DNA of 64,000 bases from Candidatus Cloacimonadales bacterium (lineage in GTDB: Bacteria; Cloacimonadota; Cloacimonadia; Cloacimonadales; JAIOQZ01). The DNA is taken from the NCBI GenBank assembly GCA_963674825.1, contig OY771587.1:3360001-3424000 (forward strand), given 5' to 3'. Under the pieces are notes generated by a model, which saw nothing but the letters and a program-made list of their open reading frames with translations, was not told the origin of the DNA and searched no databases. Made by a program: the position numbers and the translations under genes. Position 1 is the stretch's first letter, and each line of letters starts with the position of its first letter. Below are positions 54,970-64,000 of this stretch, one piece after another.

Positions 54970-57900
54970 CTATCTTCTGGTGCGTGCTGAGGTAGTCGCG
55001 GTGATCTTGAAGTAGTGATAACCACTCGCGATCGGAATCTGCACGGATGTACCGGTGACGGTCTGGGTTGCCCAGCCGTCTGCAGTAGGAGCCGTGTTCA
55101 TATAAACACGGTACGCACCAGCGCCTGTGACAGCATCCCAACTGATATTGATCATGCCGTTTGCATCGTCGACGGAGAGAACAACGTTTTGCGGTGAATC
55201 GAGGCCAAGGATGGTATATTCCCAGCACCCACGGTCAGGATCGGTACGCAGGGTACCATCGATGTCGTACTCGATGCCGTCGAATGTGACGCCGCTGTCA
55301 ATGGCATTGGAACCTTCCACCGTGTAGTAACCTTCGCCAAGGCCCGGATCCATAAGCAGAGTCGTAACGTCGCCGGTTGCATCCTGATATCCACTGATCG
55401 TAGTGATATCGGTTCCGTCGATGCGTGCAAAAGCGCCATCGCTGTGGGTGAGGTTGTGATGAATCTCAGCCACGTCACTCATGTTATTGAGTTCAACTGG
55501 CGCGATCATACCGCCCTTGACGATGTTGTTTACCCAGACAAGTCCAGGGCAGCCGTATAGCTGCTGGAATCCGACACTATTACCGTAGGTTGTGTTCATG
55601 CGGAGGGTGTTGAAGACAACGTTCGCGTTGACAGTATCCTGGAGACGGAGCGCGCAGCTTGTGGTACCGCTCATCTCGATGTAATTGTTGTAGATCATCT
55701 GTTCGTGCTCGGTGTTCAGGATGTCATCGAGCAGGATACCAATGCTGCCGGTGGAATATACGACATTGTTCGCGATTTCCAATTGATCCGAATCTTCGAT
55801 GTGCATGCCGTAACCGCGGCAGCCATTGAGGTGATTGTTCATTACTGCGCTATCGAGCCAGTAGTAACCCTTGATGCCCATATAGACATTGTTCATGGTG
55901 TTATTGATCAGCTCTACACCAGAATTAATAACTGTGCTTCCATTCGTTCCGTAGATGAATATGCCATATCCCATATTGGTGATATCACAGTTCTGCACGG
56001 TGATGCCATCGAACGGGAATTCATAACCATAAACTCCGGAGCAGTACTGGGAGGTTTGATTAGGCGTCTCGGTACTGAAGGAACAATCGTTGATAACCGC
56101 GTCCTGGGTATAGCGTTCAAAGACTACGCCGTTTGCGTAACTGCTATTCAACGACTCGAAATCGAAGCCGTCGAGTGTGAGGTTGTAGCAGTTGAACAGG
56201 TTGATTCCCCAGTTATCATCGTTTCCGGTGGGATTGCTCTGGAAGACGACTTCACCCTGGTTCTGACGGACGATTGAGAGCGATGCATTGATCATGTTGG
56301 GGATGTAACGTATCTGAACTGGATCGTATGTGCCAGATGCAACATATAGCGTCACATTTCCGGCAATACCACGAATCCTCAGATCGTCGATCGCTTCATT
56401 CAGCGTTGCATACGAACCACCGGTTCCGACGATCGTGCTTGAATAGACAACATCCCCACCATCAGGAATGACGGTCGCGCCAGGACATGGATCGTTACCG
56501 AACGGATTCCCGTCGATGTCGTACGGATGCGATATGCTTATACCCCTCTCACGCAGCCAGGAGCACTGCGCGTAGCCGTTTTCGTCCGGGATCGGGTCTG
56601 CGTACTGTCCTTCGATCTCGCCCATTTGGGTGTACATGAAAGCATAGGGTTCGTAGTACTGGTTGTCGATCTTGCCGAGGTATTTTCCGCTGGCATAGCA
56701 GGTGTTACCCATCCAGGTAACTTCCATACAACTCGTGACAGTCGCGGCGTAACCTTTGGCGGGTGACGACAGGATGTTGTTGATTATATAGCTGTTATCG
56801 CTGTTATAGAGCGAGAGAGCACTACCGTAATCGGCATACGACTTGTTATCGATCACGATTGTGTTATGCGTTGCAGAAACGCCGTCCGAATAACCGATGT
56901 AGAGCCCGGTCAATGACTGGCAACTGCAATCCGTTACATTGATGATGTTGTTGTAGAATTTGGCATCGTTGCCTTCTGCGACATCGATGTTATTGAGGTT
57001 CACAAATGAAGCGCTGGCGCTTGAATTGGAATAGCCCGAAGCGAATATCCGGTTGTTGTGAACATCGATGTTACCTGTAGAATAGGCGATGAAGATGGGC
57101 GCAAAACTCTGATTGAATATGCTTCCTGCGATCTCGATGTTATCGACTTCGAGCAGGTAGAGTGGTCCAGACATCCCGCTGAACTGACAACTGTTGATCG
57201 TCACGTTCTGGTAGTGGTTGCTGTCGTAGTTCGCCCCCGGGAGATACACGCCATAGGCACCGCCCTGGAAGAAGCAGTTGTCGATGGTGAGTCCGTCGCC
57301 CAAACCCTGTATCGAACTGATCGCAAAGCAATAGGTCGGCAGGTTGAACGAGCAATCCACAATGTTGATGTTCTCGCAACGACCGCTGATGGCGACCTGC
57401 TGAGAATTGGGAGAGGAGCTCAGCGTCGAGAATGCCAATCCATCGAGCGTGAGGTTATCGACCGCCTTGAGCAGGAAGAAGAAGTTATCGTTCTGATATG
57501 GATTGATCGGATCGAGTTCGAAGTTCGTTCCCGACTCGGCGGTGATGGTGACGGTGTGTGAGTCGCCGGTGCGCGGGTAGTCGCGAATCACGTGATAGCC
57601 CTGATAAGTCCCGGCTGTGATTGTTGCGGTGACATCACCGTCAATACCGAGGAACTCCAGATCGGCCACAAAGTCGTCGATCGTTTCGTAGTCGCCGGAT
57701 TCGCCGATGGTGTAGTTGCCGGACATGTGGGTGACTATGCCGGCTCCGGTGTGCTGATCCGCGCCGATATCAAATGAGAAGAAGCGCAGATCTCCGTCCA
57801 TGTCCTCGGTGATCTGAGTGCTAAAGATACCAATGTCACGCAGCCAGGGACTCTGGGTGTGCAAGTCGTCGGTCAGGTGCGGATTGATCGCAATGGAGTG

Positions 57901-60336
57901 CTGGTTCTGGCCGGGAACACCGTTTTGAAGCGCTGTTAAATTTTCATAAACGGTTCCGAGTCTCGCCAGGTAGTTCGATTCGGAGTAGTAGCAGTTATAG
58001 TCGATAATATGGTTTTCCGATGGTGTGTAGTAGGTTATATCGAGCGCATAGCCGTCGATGGAGACCAGAATGTTGTTGATGAAATCGAACTCCATCGTAC
58101 CGGAGTTATAAAAGTTAGCAGCAGTGCTGTTCGCTCCATCAACCCATACAGAGTTGTTGATGATATTGTAACCATTCCCTCCGAATGTCATGCCCTGATG
58201 GCTTGTTGCACCGGTGAGCATGATGACGTTGTTGGCGACCAGGTTGCGCTCTTCGCCAAGCTCCATGTTGTATAGGGCGAAACCATTGCCATTGGTACCA
58301 TCGACGAATACGCGGTTGCGCAGAACTTCAAGATCGCTACCGCCGTTGGTCATTACAGCCCAGTACGTGATGCCGTTGAAATCGTTGTTGTACACGTATG
58401 AGTTCGTGGTTAAGTAGAGTTCCACCCCATTGTAGTGCTGGGTGAAGCTATTGTTCGTGATCGTGATCTCATCGCCACAAAGCTTCATCGCTTCACTATT
58501 TCCAATGAACGTACAGTTATCGAAATTGATATTCTTTACATACGTGTATTCATATGCCTTCACCGAGAAACGGTAGTAGGACGAACTCGGCTGGATCGGC
58601 GCTGTGAAGGAGCAGTTCTCGAACGAGATGAATCCATTGAAGCCGGGCATATCTACCAGGTTGCCGTAGCTTGTCGCCTCGGTTTCGAAGTTGATGTTTT
58701 GGAAGGTGATGTATTTGCAGCGCTGCATCTGGAGGACGTAGTTGTTACTCGCTTCCTGTGAGGAGAACTTGATCGTGACGCTGTCGCGGGTTGCCGGGCG
58801 GATTGTCATCCGGTGATCCCAGCCGATGCCGGGAATATGGTGCCAGGTAAACTGTTCTTCGTAAACCGCATCGGTAAGCTGAGCGGTTACAGGGCCGTTC
58901 ATGCCGCGAAACGCGGATTGATAGGCGAAATCCGCGAGTGTGGCGAAGTCTCCGCCGTTACCGACGGTGACGGTGCCGTTCAAAGGAGTCATCGCGGGGC
59001 TGGATGTGTATTCGTAAGCGCCGATATCGGGTGCGATGGCGTCACGTGTTTGCCCGTTGATGTCGACGGTTATACCGACCGGCACTCCCTGGTGATCCAG
59101 TTGCGGCGATGCGGTTACAAGGAAATCGTTGGCGAAGAACGGATTGACATTGCAGTTCGGGAGACCGCTCACCGCAGCGTAATCGTCAAGCTCATAATAG
59201 TAGGTGTTCATGACTTTGCACACATACTGTGATGCAGAATAGATATTGTTGTTTTGGATGATGTTGATATCGTCCTCCGATGGATCGATGTGATACGCGT
59301 ACATTCCATAGCCCCCGCCCAGCGATACGAACTGGTTGTTTTTCACGCTGTTGTTCGTTCCGGAAATCGCCGCCGCTTGCGAGCCGGTGTGGGTCGATGT
59401 GTTCAGGACGGAATTGTAGTAGGCTACCGAGTTTTCGCAGTTGTTGAGAATCAGCCCACTCGCTTCCGATCCGTAGCTGTTATAATACCAATTGTACCCA
59501 TTCACGTCGATAACGTTGTTATAAACCGCGGATTGCTCGCAATAGCTGAGATAGACGCCGATACCCCAGGCATAAATGTAGTTGTTGCGGACCGTCACGT
59601 AGTCCGATGCCGAGATCGATATCGCCTGATTTACATCTTCCATGATTTCGTCTCTGATAATGACATCGTGGCACTGCTTCAGCGAGATACCCCAGTATGT
59701 CGGGCCATAGTGGTGGTTGTTGATGATGCTTAGATTGTTAAAACTTGCCAGGGAGCTTGTTGCGTTCACGTAGATATGAGCGTTACCGTTGTAGAATGTG
59801 TTGTCAGAGATCGATACATTGTCGGAGGATGAGTTGGCGTTCATTCCAGTTATATAGATCGCCTCATGGTAACTCGCATTGATGTTTTCTTCATAGTCGA
59901 AAACACAATTTGTACATGAAAAGCCATCGGATTCGCCCGAGATGTAAAGACTACGAGCATATGTCCCCGTGGGCTGGAAGGTAAGCCCGTCGATTGTCAG
60001 ATTTACACTATCGTTGACCTTCATGATGCTGTGGTTATCGCTGTTGGCGTTCGGATTGGTCATGATGACTTCCGAGGCATCGTTGCTACCGGATGTGATG
60101 GTCAGTGCATATACACCATTCTGGATGTCATAGACTTCGAATGGCCCGGGATAGGTACCGGGATTCAGATCGAACACCACATCGGATGTCATCTGAGATG
60201 GTACAAGCGCGTCAAGCGCGTCGTTCAATGTTTCAAAATCTGCGCCAGTTCCGCCGACTGTGTAGGTTCCACCCATGGGATCGGCGAAAAGGAAAGCTGT
60301 GATGAGAAGCAGAATACTGGCAAGTAAGTACTTCAT
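54970..60336 (-). CDS. giant secreted protein: four tandem beta-helix modules plus C-terminal FN3-like domain
   Basis: Signal peptide; four 'xVG..GDF/Y.TL' module starts, each ending in a 'DIDG..R..DIGA'-like motif; C-terminal 'PQNV...ISWDAVTGA..YRVY'. Confidence 0.82.
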   Translation of the reverse strand: MKYLLASILLLITAFLFADPMGGTYTVGGTGADFETLNDALDALVPSQMTSDVVFDLNPGTYPGPFEVYDIQNGVYALTITSGSNDASEVIMTNPNANSDNHSIMKVNDSVNLTIDGLTFQPTGTYARSLYISGESDGFSCTNCVFDYEENINASYHEAIYITGMNANSSSDNVSISDNTFYNGNAHIYVNATSSLASFNNLSIINNHHYGPTYWGISLKQCHDVIIRDEIMEDVNQAISISASDYVTVRNNYIYAWGIGVYLSYCEQSAVYNNVIDVNGYNWYYNSYGSEASGLILNNCENSVAYYNSVLNTSTHTGSQAAAISGTNNSVKNNQFVSLGGGYGMYAYHIDPSEDDINIIQNNNIYSASQYVCKVMNTYYYELDDYAAVSGLPNCNVNPFFANDFLVTASPQLDHQGVPVGITVDINGQTRDAIAPDIGAYEYTSSPAMTPLNGTVTVGNGGDFATLADFAYQSAFRGMNGPVTAQLTDAVYEEQFTWHHIPGIGWDHRMTIRPATRDSVTIKFSSQEASNNYVLQMQRCKYITFQNINFETEATSYGNLVDMPGFNGFISFENCSFTAPIQPSSSYYRFSVKAYEYTYVKNINFDNCTFIGNSEAMKLCGDEITITNNSFTQHYNGVELYLTTNSYVYNNDFNGITYWAVMTNGGSDLEVLRNRVFVDGTNGNGFALYNMELGEERNLVANNVIMLTGATSHQGMTFGGNGYNIINNSVWVDGANSTAANFYNSGTMEFDFINNILVSIDGYALDITYYTPSENHIIDYNCYYSESNYLARLGTVYENLTALQNGVPGQNQHSIAINPHLTDDLHTQSPWLRDIGIFSTQITEDMDGDLRFFSFDIGADQHTGAGIVTHMSGNYTIGESGDYETIDDFVADLEFLGIDGDVTATITAGTYQGYHVIRDYPRTGDSHTVTITAESGTNFELDPINPYQNDNFFFLLKAVDNLTLDGLAFSTLSSSPNSQQVAISGRCENINIVDCSFNLPTYCFAISSIQGLGDGLTIDNCFFQGGAYGVYLPGANYDSNHYQNVTINSCQFSGMSGPLYLLEVDNIEIAGSIFNQSFAPIFIAYSTGNIDVHNNRIFASGYSNSSASASFVNLNNIDVAEGNDAKFYNNIINVTDCSCQSLTGLYIGYSDGVSATHNTIVIDNKSYADYGSALSLYNSDNSYIINNILSSPAKGYAATVTSCMEVTWMGNTCYASGKYLGKIDNQYYEPYAFMYTQMGEIEGQYADPIPDENGYAQCSWLRERGISISHPYDIDGNPFGNDPCPGATVIPDGGDVVYSSTIVGTGGSYATLNEAIDDLRIRGIAGNVTLYVASGTYDPVQIRYIPNMINASLSIVRQNQGEVVFQSNPTGNDDNWGINLFNCYNLTLDGFDFESLNSSYANGVVFERYTQDAVINDCSFSTETPNQTSQYCSGVYGYEFPFDGITVQNCDITNMGYGIFIYGTNGSTVINSGVELINNTMNNVYMGIKGYYWLDSAVMNNHLNGCRGYGMHIEDSDQLEIANNVVYSTGSIGILLDDILNTEHEQMIYNNYIEMSGTTSCALRLQDTVNANVVFNTLRMNTTYGNSVGFQQLYGCPGLVWVNNIVKGGMIAPVELNNMSDVAEIHHNLTHSDGAFARIDGTDITTISGYQDATGDVTTLLMDPGLGEGYYTVEGSNAIDSGVTFDGIEYDIDGTLRTDPDRGCWEYTILGLDSPQNVVLSVDDANGMINISWDAVTGAGAYRVYMNTAPTADGWATQTVTGTSVQIPIASGYHYFKITATTSARTRR

Positions 60337-60592
60337 ACGAATCCTCTCTTTTTATTATTGCATATTATTTCATTTCAGGCTCTTCCTTGTAAAAAAGGCC
60401 AACCCACATTTTAAACCGTTGCTACAGGGTCAAGGATAAAAAGGCTTTTAAGCTTTTGCTGGCTTGAATAGTACTCACCTGTATGACGGTATCTTATTGC
60501 GGTCTTGGTTGTAATGGACATGCATTAGAAATGCATAAAGGAAATAGGGGCGAAGAAAAATATGAATCGTTGCACCAGGACAAACAAGCAGG

Positions 60593-61336
60593 CTATTCCG
60601 ACGAGATCTCCCTGATCACGACCGATGCAGCCCACATGCCCATAATAGCTGGTAGATAGCCCACAGTACCGAGCGTACCTCGTTTTCTGCCGCGATCGAC
60701 CTCCCATTCTGCTTCAGCACCTGCATCATGATCATGCTGAGCTTGGGGTATCTCGGCTGAATAGATAACGGGGATCCCTTTTTCGATACCGCGCCTTTTC
60801 AGGTACTTTCTCACGCGACGCGCGAGAGGGCAGTTGGTGGTCTTGCTCAGATCGCTCATGCGAATCTGGGCCGGGTCGAGCTTACCTCCAGCGCCCATAA
60901 CGGATATCACGGGAATTTTCAGGTTATAAGCGTCTTCGAGCAGGCCGGTCTTGGGTCCAAGGCTGTCGATGGCATCAATGATGTAGTCAAGCCCCGGCAA
61001 GATCTTTTCTCGCAGCGGTTGATCGCAGAAGTCTGTATAGCACTCGACGACTGCATCTGGGTTGATATCCAGGATGCGCTGCTTGAGCGCTTCGGTCTTA
61101 TACATGCCGATTGTGCTATGCAGCGCGGTTAATTGGCGATTGATATTGGATGGCTTGATGCGATCGAAATCGACGAGTACGAATCTGCTGATGCCGGTAC
61201 GGGCCAGCATTTCGACGGCATAAGTTCCGACCCCGCCCAAGCCCATTACACCGACGCTTGCATTATTGAGCTTATTTATTGCATCATTTCCAAGCAGTAG
61301 CGAAGTCCGTTGCCAGGCATCCGATGGTATGGTCAT
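60593..61336 (-). CDS. tcdA: ThiF-family tRNA threonylcarbamoyladenosine dehydratase
   Basis: 'GLGGVG', 'SNINRQ', 'IDAIDS', 'MGAGGKLDP', 'CPLARRVR'. Confidence 0.88.
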   Translation of the reverse strand: MTIPSDAWQRTSLLLGNDAINKLNNASVGVMGLGGVGTYAVEMLARTGISRFVLVDFDRIKPSNINRQLTALHSTIGMYKTEALKQRILDINPDAVVECYTDFCDQPLREKILPGLDYIIDAIDSLGPKTGLLEDAYNLKIPVISVMGAGGKLDPAQIRMSDLSKTTNCPLARRVRKYLKRRGIEKGIPVIYSAEIPQAQHDHDAGAEAEWEVDRGRKRGTLGTVGYLPAIMGMWAASVVIREISSE

Positions 61337-62097
61337 ATTCCGTATAACTCCCTGAAATTCTTTCGTTGCGTTTCCATAATCGCTTGTAGCGGTGTATCGG
61401 TCAAGCTGGCGATTTGCTCAGCAATGTGGGGTAGATGCAGCGGTGTGAGTATGGTATCTGTAATGTAGTCAGGTTTCTGGTACGGTGCGTCGGTTTCAAG
61501 AAGGTAACATCCCGAACGAACGATCTCTCGCAGCGTATCAGTACGCGTCGAGCGGTTGGTTATCCTGCCTCCGAGTGAGACGAATAAACCAAGTTGCCGG
61601 TATTGCCGGAAAAGCTCGATGGAGCCATTGAAACCATGAACATAGCCCCGGATTCCGGGGAAGTCGTCGTGCAGGATGCGGTAGAGTTCGTTGTGGCGCT
61701 TCACGATATGGAAATGAACCGGTAAGCTATAATTCATTGCGAGTTCGAGCTGCATTTTTAGAAGTCTGACCTGATACTCGTGATTGGGTTTCCGCATATC
61801 AAGCCCAATCTCGCCAATCCCGATGACCGCCTTCTTCTCGCAAAGTTCTACCAACAGGTCAAAGTCATCGATTGAACTACGGTCATAATAAGGATGAATA
61901 CCCGCAGTCCAGCAGATATGGGCGTAATCGAGTCTGGCGTGGAAGTCATACTCGAATCTGCACAAAGCGGATGAGACCAGTCCTATTTGTGCTTCAGCAG
62001 CACACTTGATGATCATCGTAGCGTTTTCGATGAGTCTATCGTCGGCCAGATGGCAATGCGCGTCAATCCAGCCACTTTTGAATACTTCGTTGCTCAT
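61333..62097 (-). CDS. tatD: TatD family hydrolase
   Basis: 'IDAHCHL', 'GIHP', 'IGEIGLD', 'HGFNG', 'LETDAPY'; start taken at MSNEVF. Confidence 0.88.
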   Translation of the reverse strand: MSNEVFKSGWIDAHCHLADDRLIENATMIIKCAAEAQIGLVSSALCRFEYDFHARLDYAHICWTAGIHPYYDRSSIDDFDLLVELCEKKAVIGIGEIGLDMRKPNHEYQVRLLKMQLELAMNYSLPVHFHIVKRHNELYRILHDDFPGIRGYVHGFNGSIELFRQYRQLGLFVSLGGRITNRSTRTDTLREIVRSGCYLLETDAPYQKPDYITDTILTPLHLPHIAEQIASLTDTPLQAIMETQRKNFRELYGI

Positions 62098-62141
62098 GTC
62101 GATCAATCCAATGGATTGTGCTACGGTTTGCAAGGAAAATC

Positions 62142-63995
62142 TCAGCGAGTGATGGTCTCCTTGAACGTGATAAGGTAAAATGGATGCTCCTGAGATGCTA
62201 CAGCCAGCGGAAAACAAGTCATTCGCAGCAACGTGTTATTGTGTTCAATTGAATGATGCAATTTTCGACCCTCTTTGTCGCAGCCGTTGATCATGGAGCA
62301 CAGTGAATCGCGTAGAGATATATCGATGATGTTATGGAGGTACGGAGGGTCGCCATTATTCGGCTTACCGAGATACTTTTCTCCACCGTTATATGCACAA
62401 ACCATGCGACCATCGTGTTCGACGAGGATCGAAGCAGGGTTCGTCTCGCGGAGTATCGCTTCCAGCAATGGACGATCGATTACCTCCATACCTGGAAATC
62501 TGAAAAATTCCTGGGGCGCTTCAACGGGTTGTTCTTCAACAGGCTTATCTTGAGGGACAGGCCGATAGACCTTCCATGATGGATCCACCGTCTCGAAGAG
62601 ATCACCTTCCTCGCCGGCATTCTCACCTGAGCCGAGAACAAGATAACCGTTGGGTTTCAATGACCCGTGGAGCTTCTCTAAAAGCTCTTGCTGTGTCACG
62701 TTTTTCAATGCGCGCATAAGGTAGCGGCACGCGATGAGGTCAATCTCCTGGATGGGCTTCTGGGTCAGGACGTTATGCTTCTGGAAAATGACGAGATTCC
62801 GAAGCTCCTCACCGACTTCGAAGCAACCATCTGCGTCCTGGAAATAGGTCAGCAAATAATCTTCATCCACATCTGCGATAATGCCTTCGGGATACGTACC
62901 TTTACGAGCTTCGTCCAGAGCTTTGGTATCGAGATCCGTGGCATAAAGAAGTACATCTCGTTCATTCTCCTGCATGGCTTCAAGAAGCAGTAACCCGAAG
63001 GAATAGGCTTCTTCGCCAGTGGAGCAGCCAATGACCCATACGCGAATCGGGTCCTTCTCACTTTTCGAATTGAAGATCTTGGGCAGGATTTCACTCTCGA
63101 TGTAATCGAATGCACCATAATCACGGAAAAACCTTGTGGTGGACATCAGAAAATCGTCGCGCAGGCTGGCAATCTCATCTTCGTTGCTCAGCAAAAACGC
63201 GACATATTCTTCCATATTCTTGCAATGGCACATGCTGATGCGCCGCTCGATCTTGCGTTCGAGAAATTGCGTTTTATAGCGGGAGAAATCGATTCCTTCG
63301 TGATCGAGTAGAATCTCTATAATGCGAGTAAACCAGTTCACGCCACGCTTCTTGTCGCTTTCATCAACAGCGCCCTGAAAGCCCTTGCGCTCTTCGACGT
63401 ATTGAATCAAGTACAATGGCATCTCCTGAGGTGCAAGCACGTAGTCAACATGTCCTTTTGCCGAGATACTGCATGGTAGTTCCTGCATGGCTGCACAAGA
63501 GCTTTCATTCACCATAATCATGCCGCCATTTGCTTTGATCGCATTGCAACCTTGAGTTCCGTTACAGGTATCTTCAGAAAAGAGAATGGAAATGGCTTTC
63601 TCACCAAAATTCTCGGCAAGAGAGCGGAAGAAATAGTCGATGGGGTGGAGGGTCTCTTTATTCTCGGTGTCCGGCAGGACTTTGAAGCGATTTCCTTCGA
63701 TTGTTGGAGTCTCATCAGGCTGAACAAGGTAGAAGTGATCCGGCTTGATTTCAACGCCATCTTCAATGGTTACAACGCGTTTCGCGCTGAACTTACCCAA
63801 CAGGTCAATCATGATGCTTTTATGGTTTTGCAGAAATGGTTGTAGCAAAACGTATGATATACCCGTTTCAACAGGCAATTCTTTTACGAATGTCTCAAGA
63901 TGATCGATACATTGATCGGAAGCACCAATTCCGACAAGGTACATATCATGATTAATAAGTTTCAGGCTTTCTCCGCCTGAACCCGATTGATCCAT
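62142..63995 (-). CDS. CheB-like/CheR methyltransferase fusion; frame open to the window edge, start uncertain
   Basis: Degenerate CheB ('VGIGAS', 'PIDYFFRSLA'); CheR 'TRFFRD', 'VWVIGCSTGEEAYS', 'YATDLD', 'GYLVLGSGE'. Confidence 0.85.
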   Translation of the reverse strand: MDQSGSGGESLKLINHDMYLVGIGASDQCIDHLETFVKELPVETGISYVLLQPFLQNHKSIMIDLLGKFSAKRVVTIEDGVEIKPDHFYLVQPDETPTIEGNRFKVLPDTENKETLHPIDYFFRSLAENFGEKAISILFSEDTCNGTQGCNAIKANGGMIMVNESSCAAMQELPCSISAKGHVDYVLAPQEMPLYLIQYVEERKGFQGAVDESDKKRGVNWFTRIIEILLDHEGIDFSRYKTQFLERKIERRISMCHCKNMEEYVAFLLSNEDEIASLRDDFLMSTTRFFRDYGAFDYIESEILPKIFNSKSEKDPIRVWVIGCSTGEEAYSFGLLLLEAMQENERDVLLYATDLDTKALDEARKGTYPEGIIADVDEDYLLTYFQDADGCFEVGEELRNLVIFQKHNVLTQKPIQEIDLIACRYLMRALKNVTQQELLEKLHGSLKPNGYLVLGSGENAGEEGDLFETVDPSWKVYRPVPQDKPVEEQPVEAPQEFFRFPGMEVIDRPLLEAILRETNPASILVEHDGRMVCAYNGGEKYLGKPNNGDPPYLHNIIDISLRDSLCSMINGCDKEGRKLHHSIEHNNTLLRMTCFPLAVASQEHPFYLITFKETITR

Positions 63996-64000
63996 TAAAC

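Noticed and set aside
1..64000. tRNA, rRNA, selenocysteine or other recoding signals
   Set aside because: No cloverleaf or rRNA signature seen in intergenic regions; recognisable genes end at expected positions.

Overview
A 64 kb gene-dense chromosomal segment from an anaerobic diderm bacterium. Secreted proteins ending in a 'YPNPFNP...GQKV...SGIY' FlgD/T9SS-type C-terminal domain, [FeFe]-hydrogenases and a TonB receptor are compatible with Ca. Cloacimonadota or a related FCB lineage (inference, not verified). Main blocks: (1) a partial PEP/pyruvate-binding-domain + nucleotidyltransferase gene with an unannotated 54-aa Cys4 protein; (2) secreted beta-helix, M23 and FG-GAP proteins; (3) a tightly coupled 9-gene operon (6477-13780) joining a SsuA/TauA-type ABC importer to a Dlt-like acyl-transfer pathway (ACP, SGNH protein, MBOAT, an unannotated 39-aa DltX-like peptide ending FRYEGF, adenylating enzyme); (4) a redox locus: AdhA-like Fe-ADH, rex, trimeric bifurcating-type hydrogenase and an HfsABC-like sensory module, with TCG-N12-CGA palindromes upstream of adh and rex; (5) housekeeping and other genes (lepA, asd, radC, iscS/iscU, phoH-like, alr, tatD, tcdA-like, cheB/cheR); (6) two islands of concatenated short palindromic repeats (42283-42534, 45138-45387), a small GATTC...CAC hairpin module nested in three different host repeats, and one repeat inserted in-frame in a protein. 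No rRNA, tRNA, CRISPR array, transposase or integrase was recognised. All calls come from reading motifs by eye; no database searches were run.
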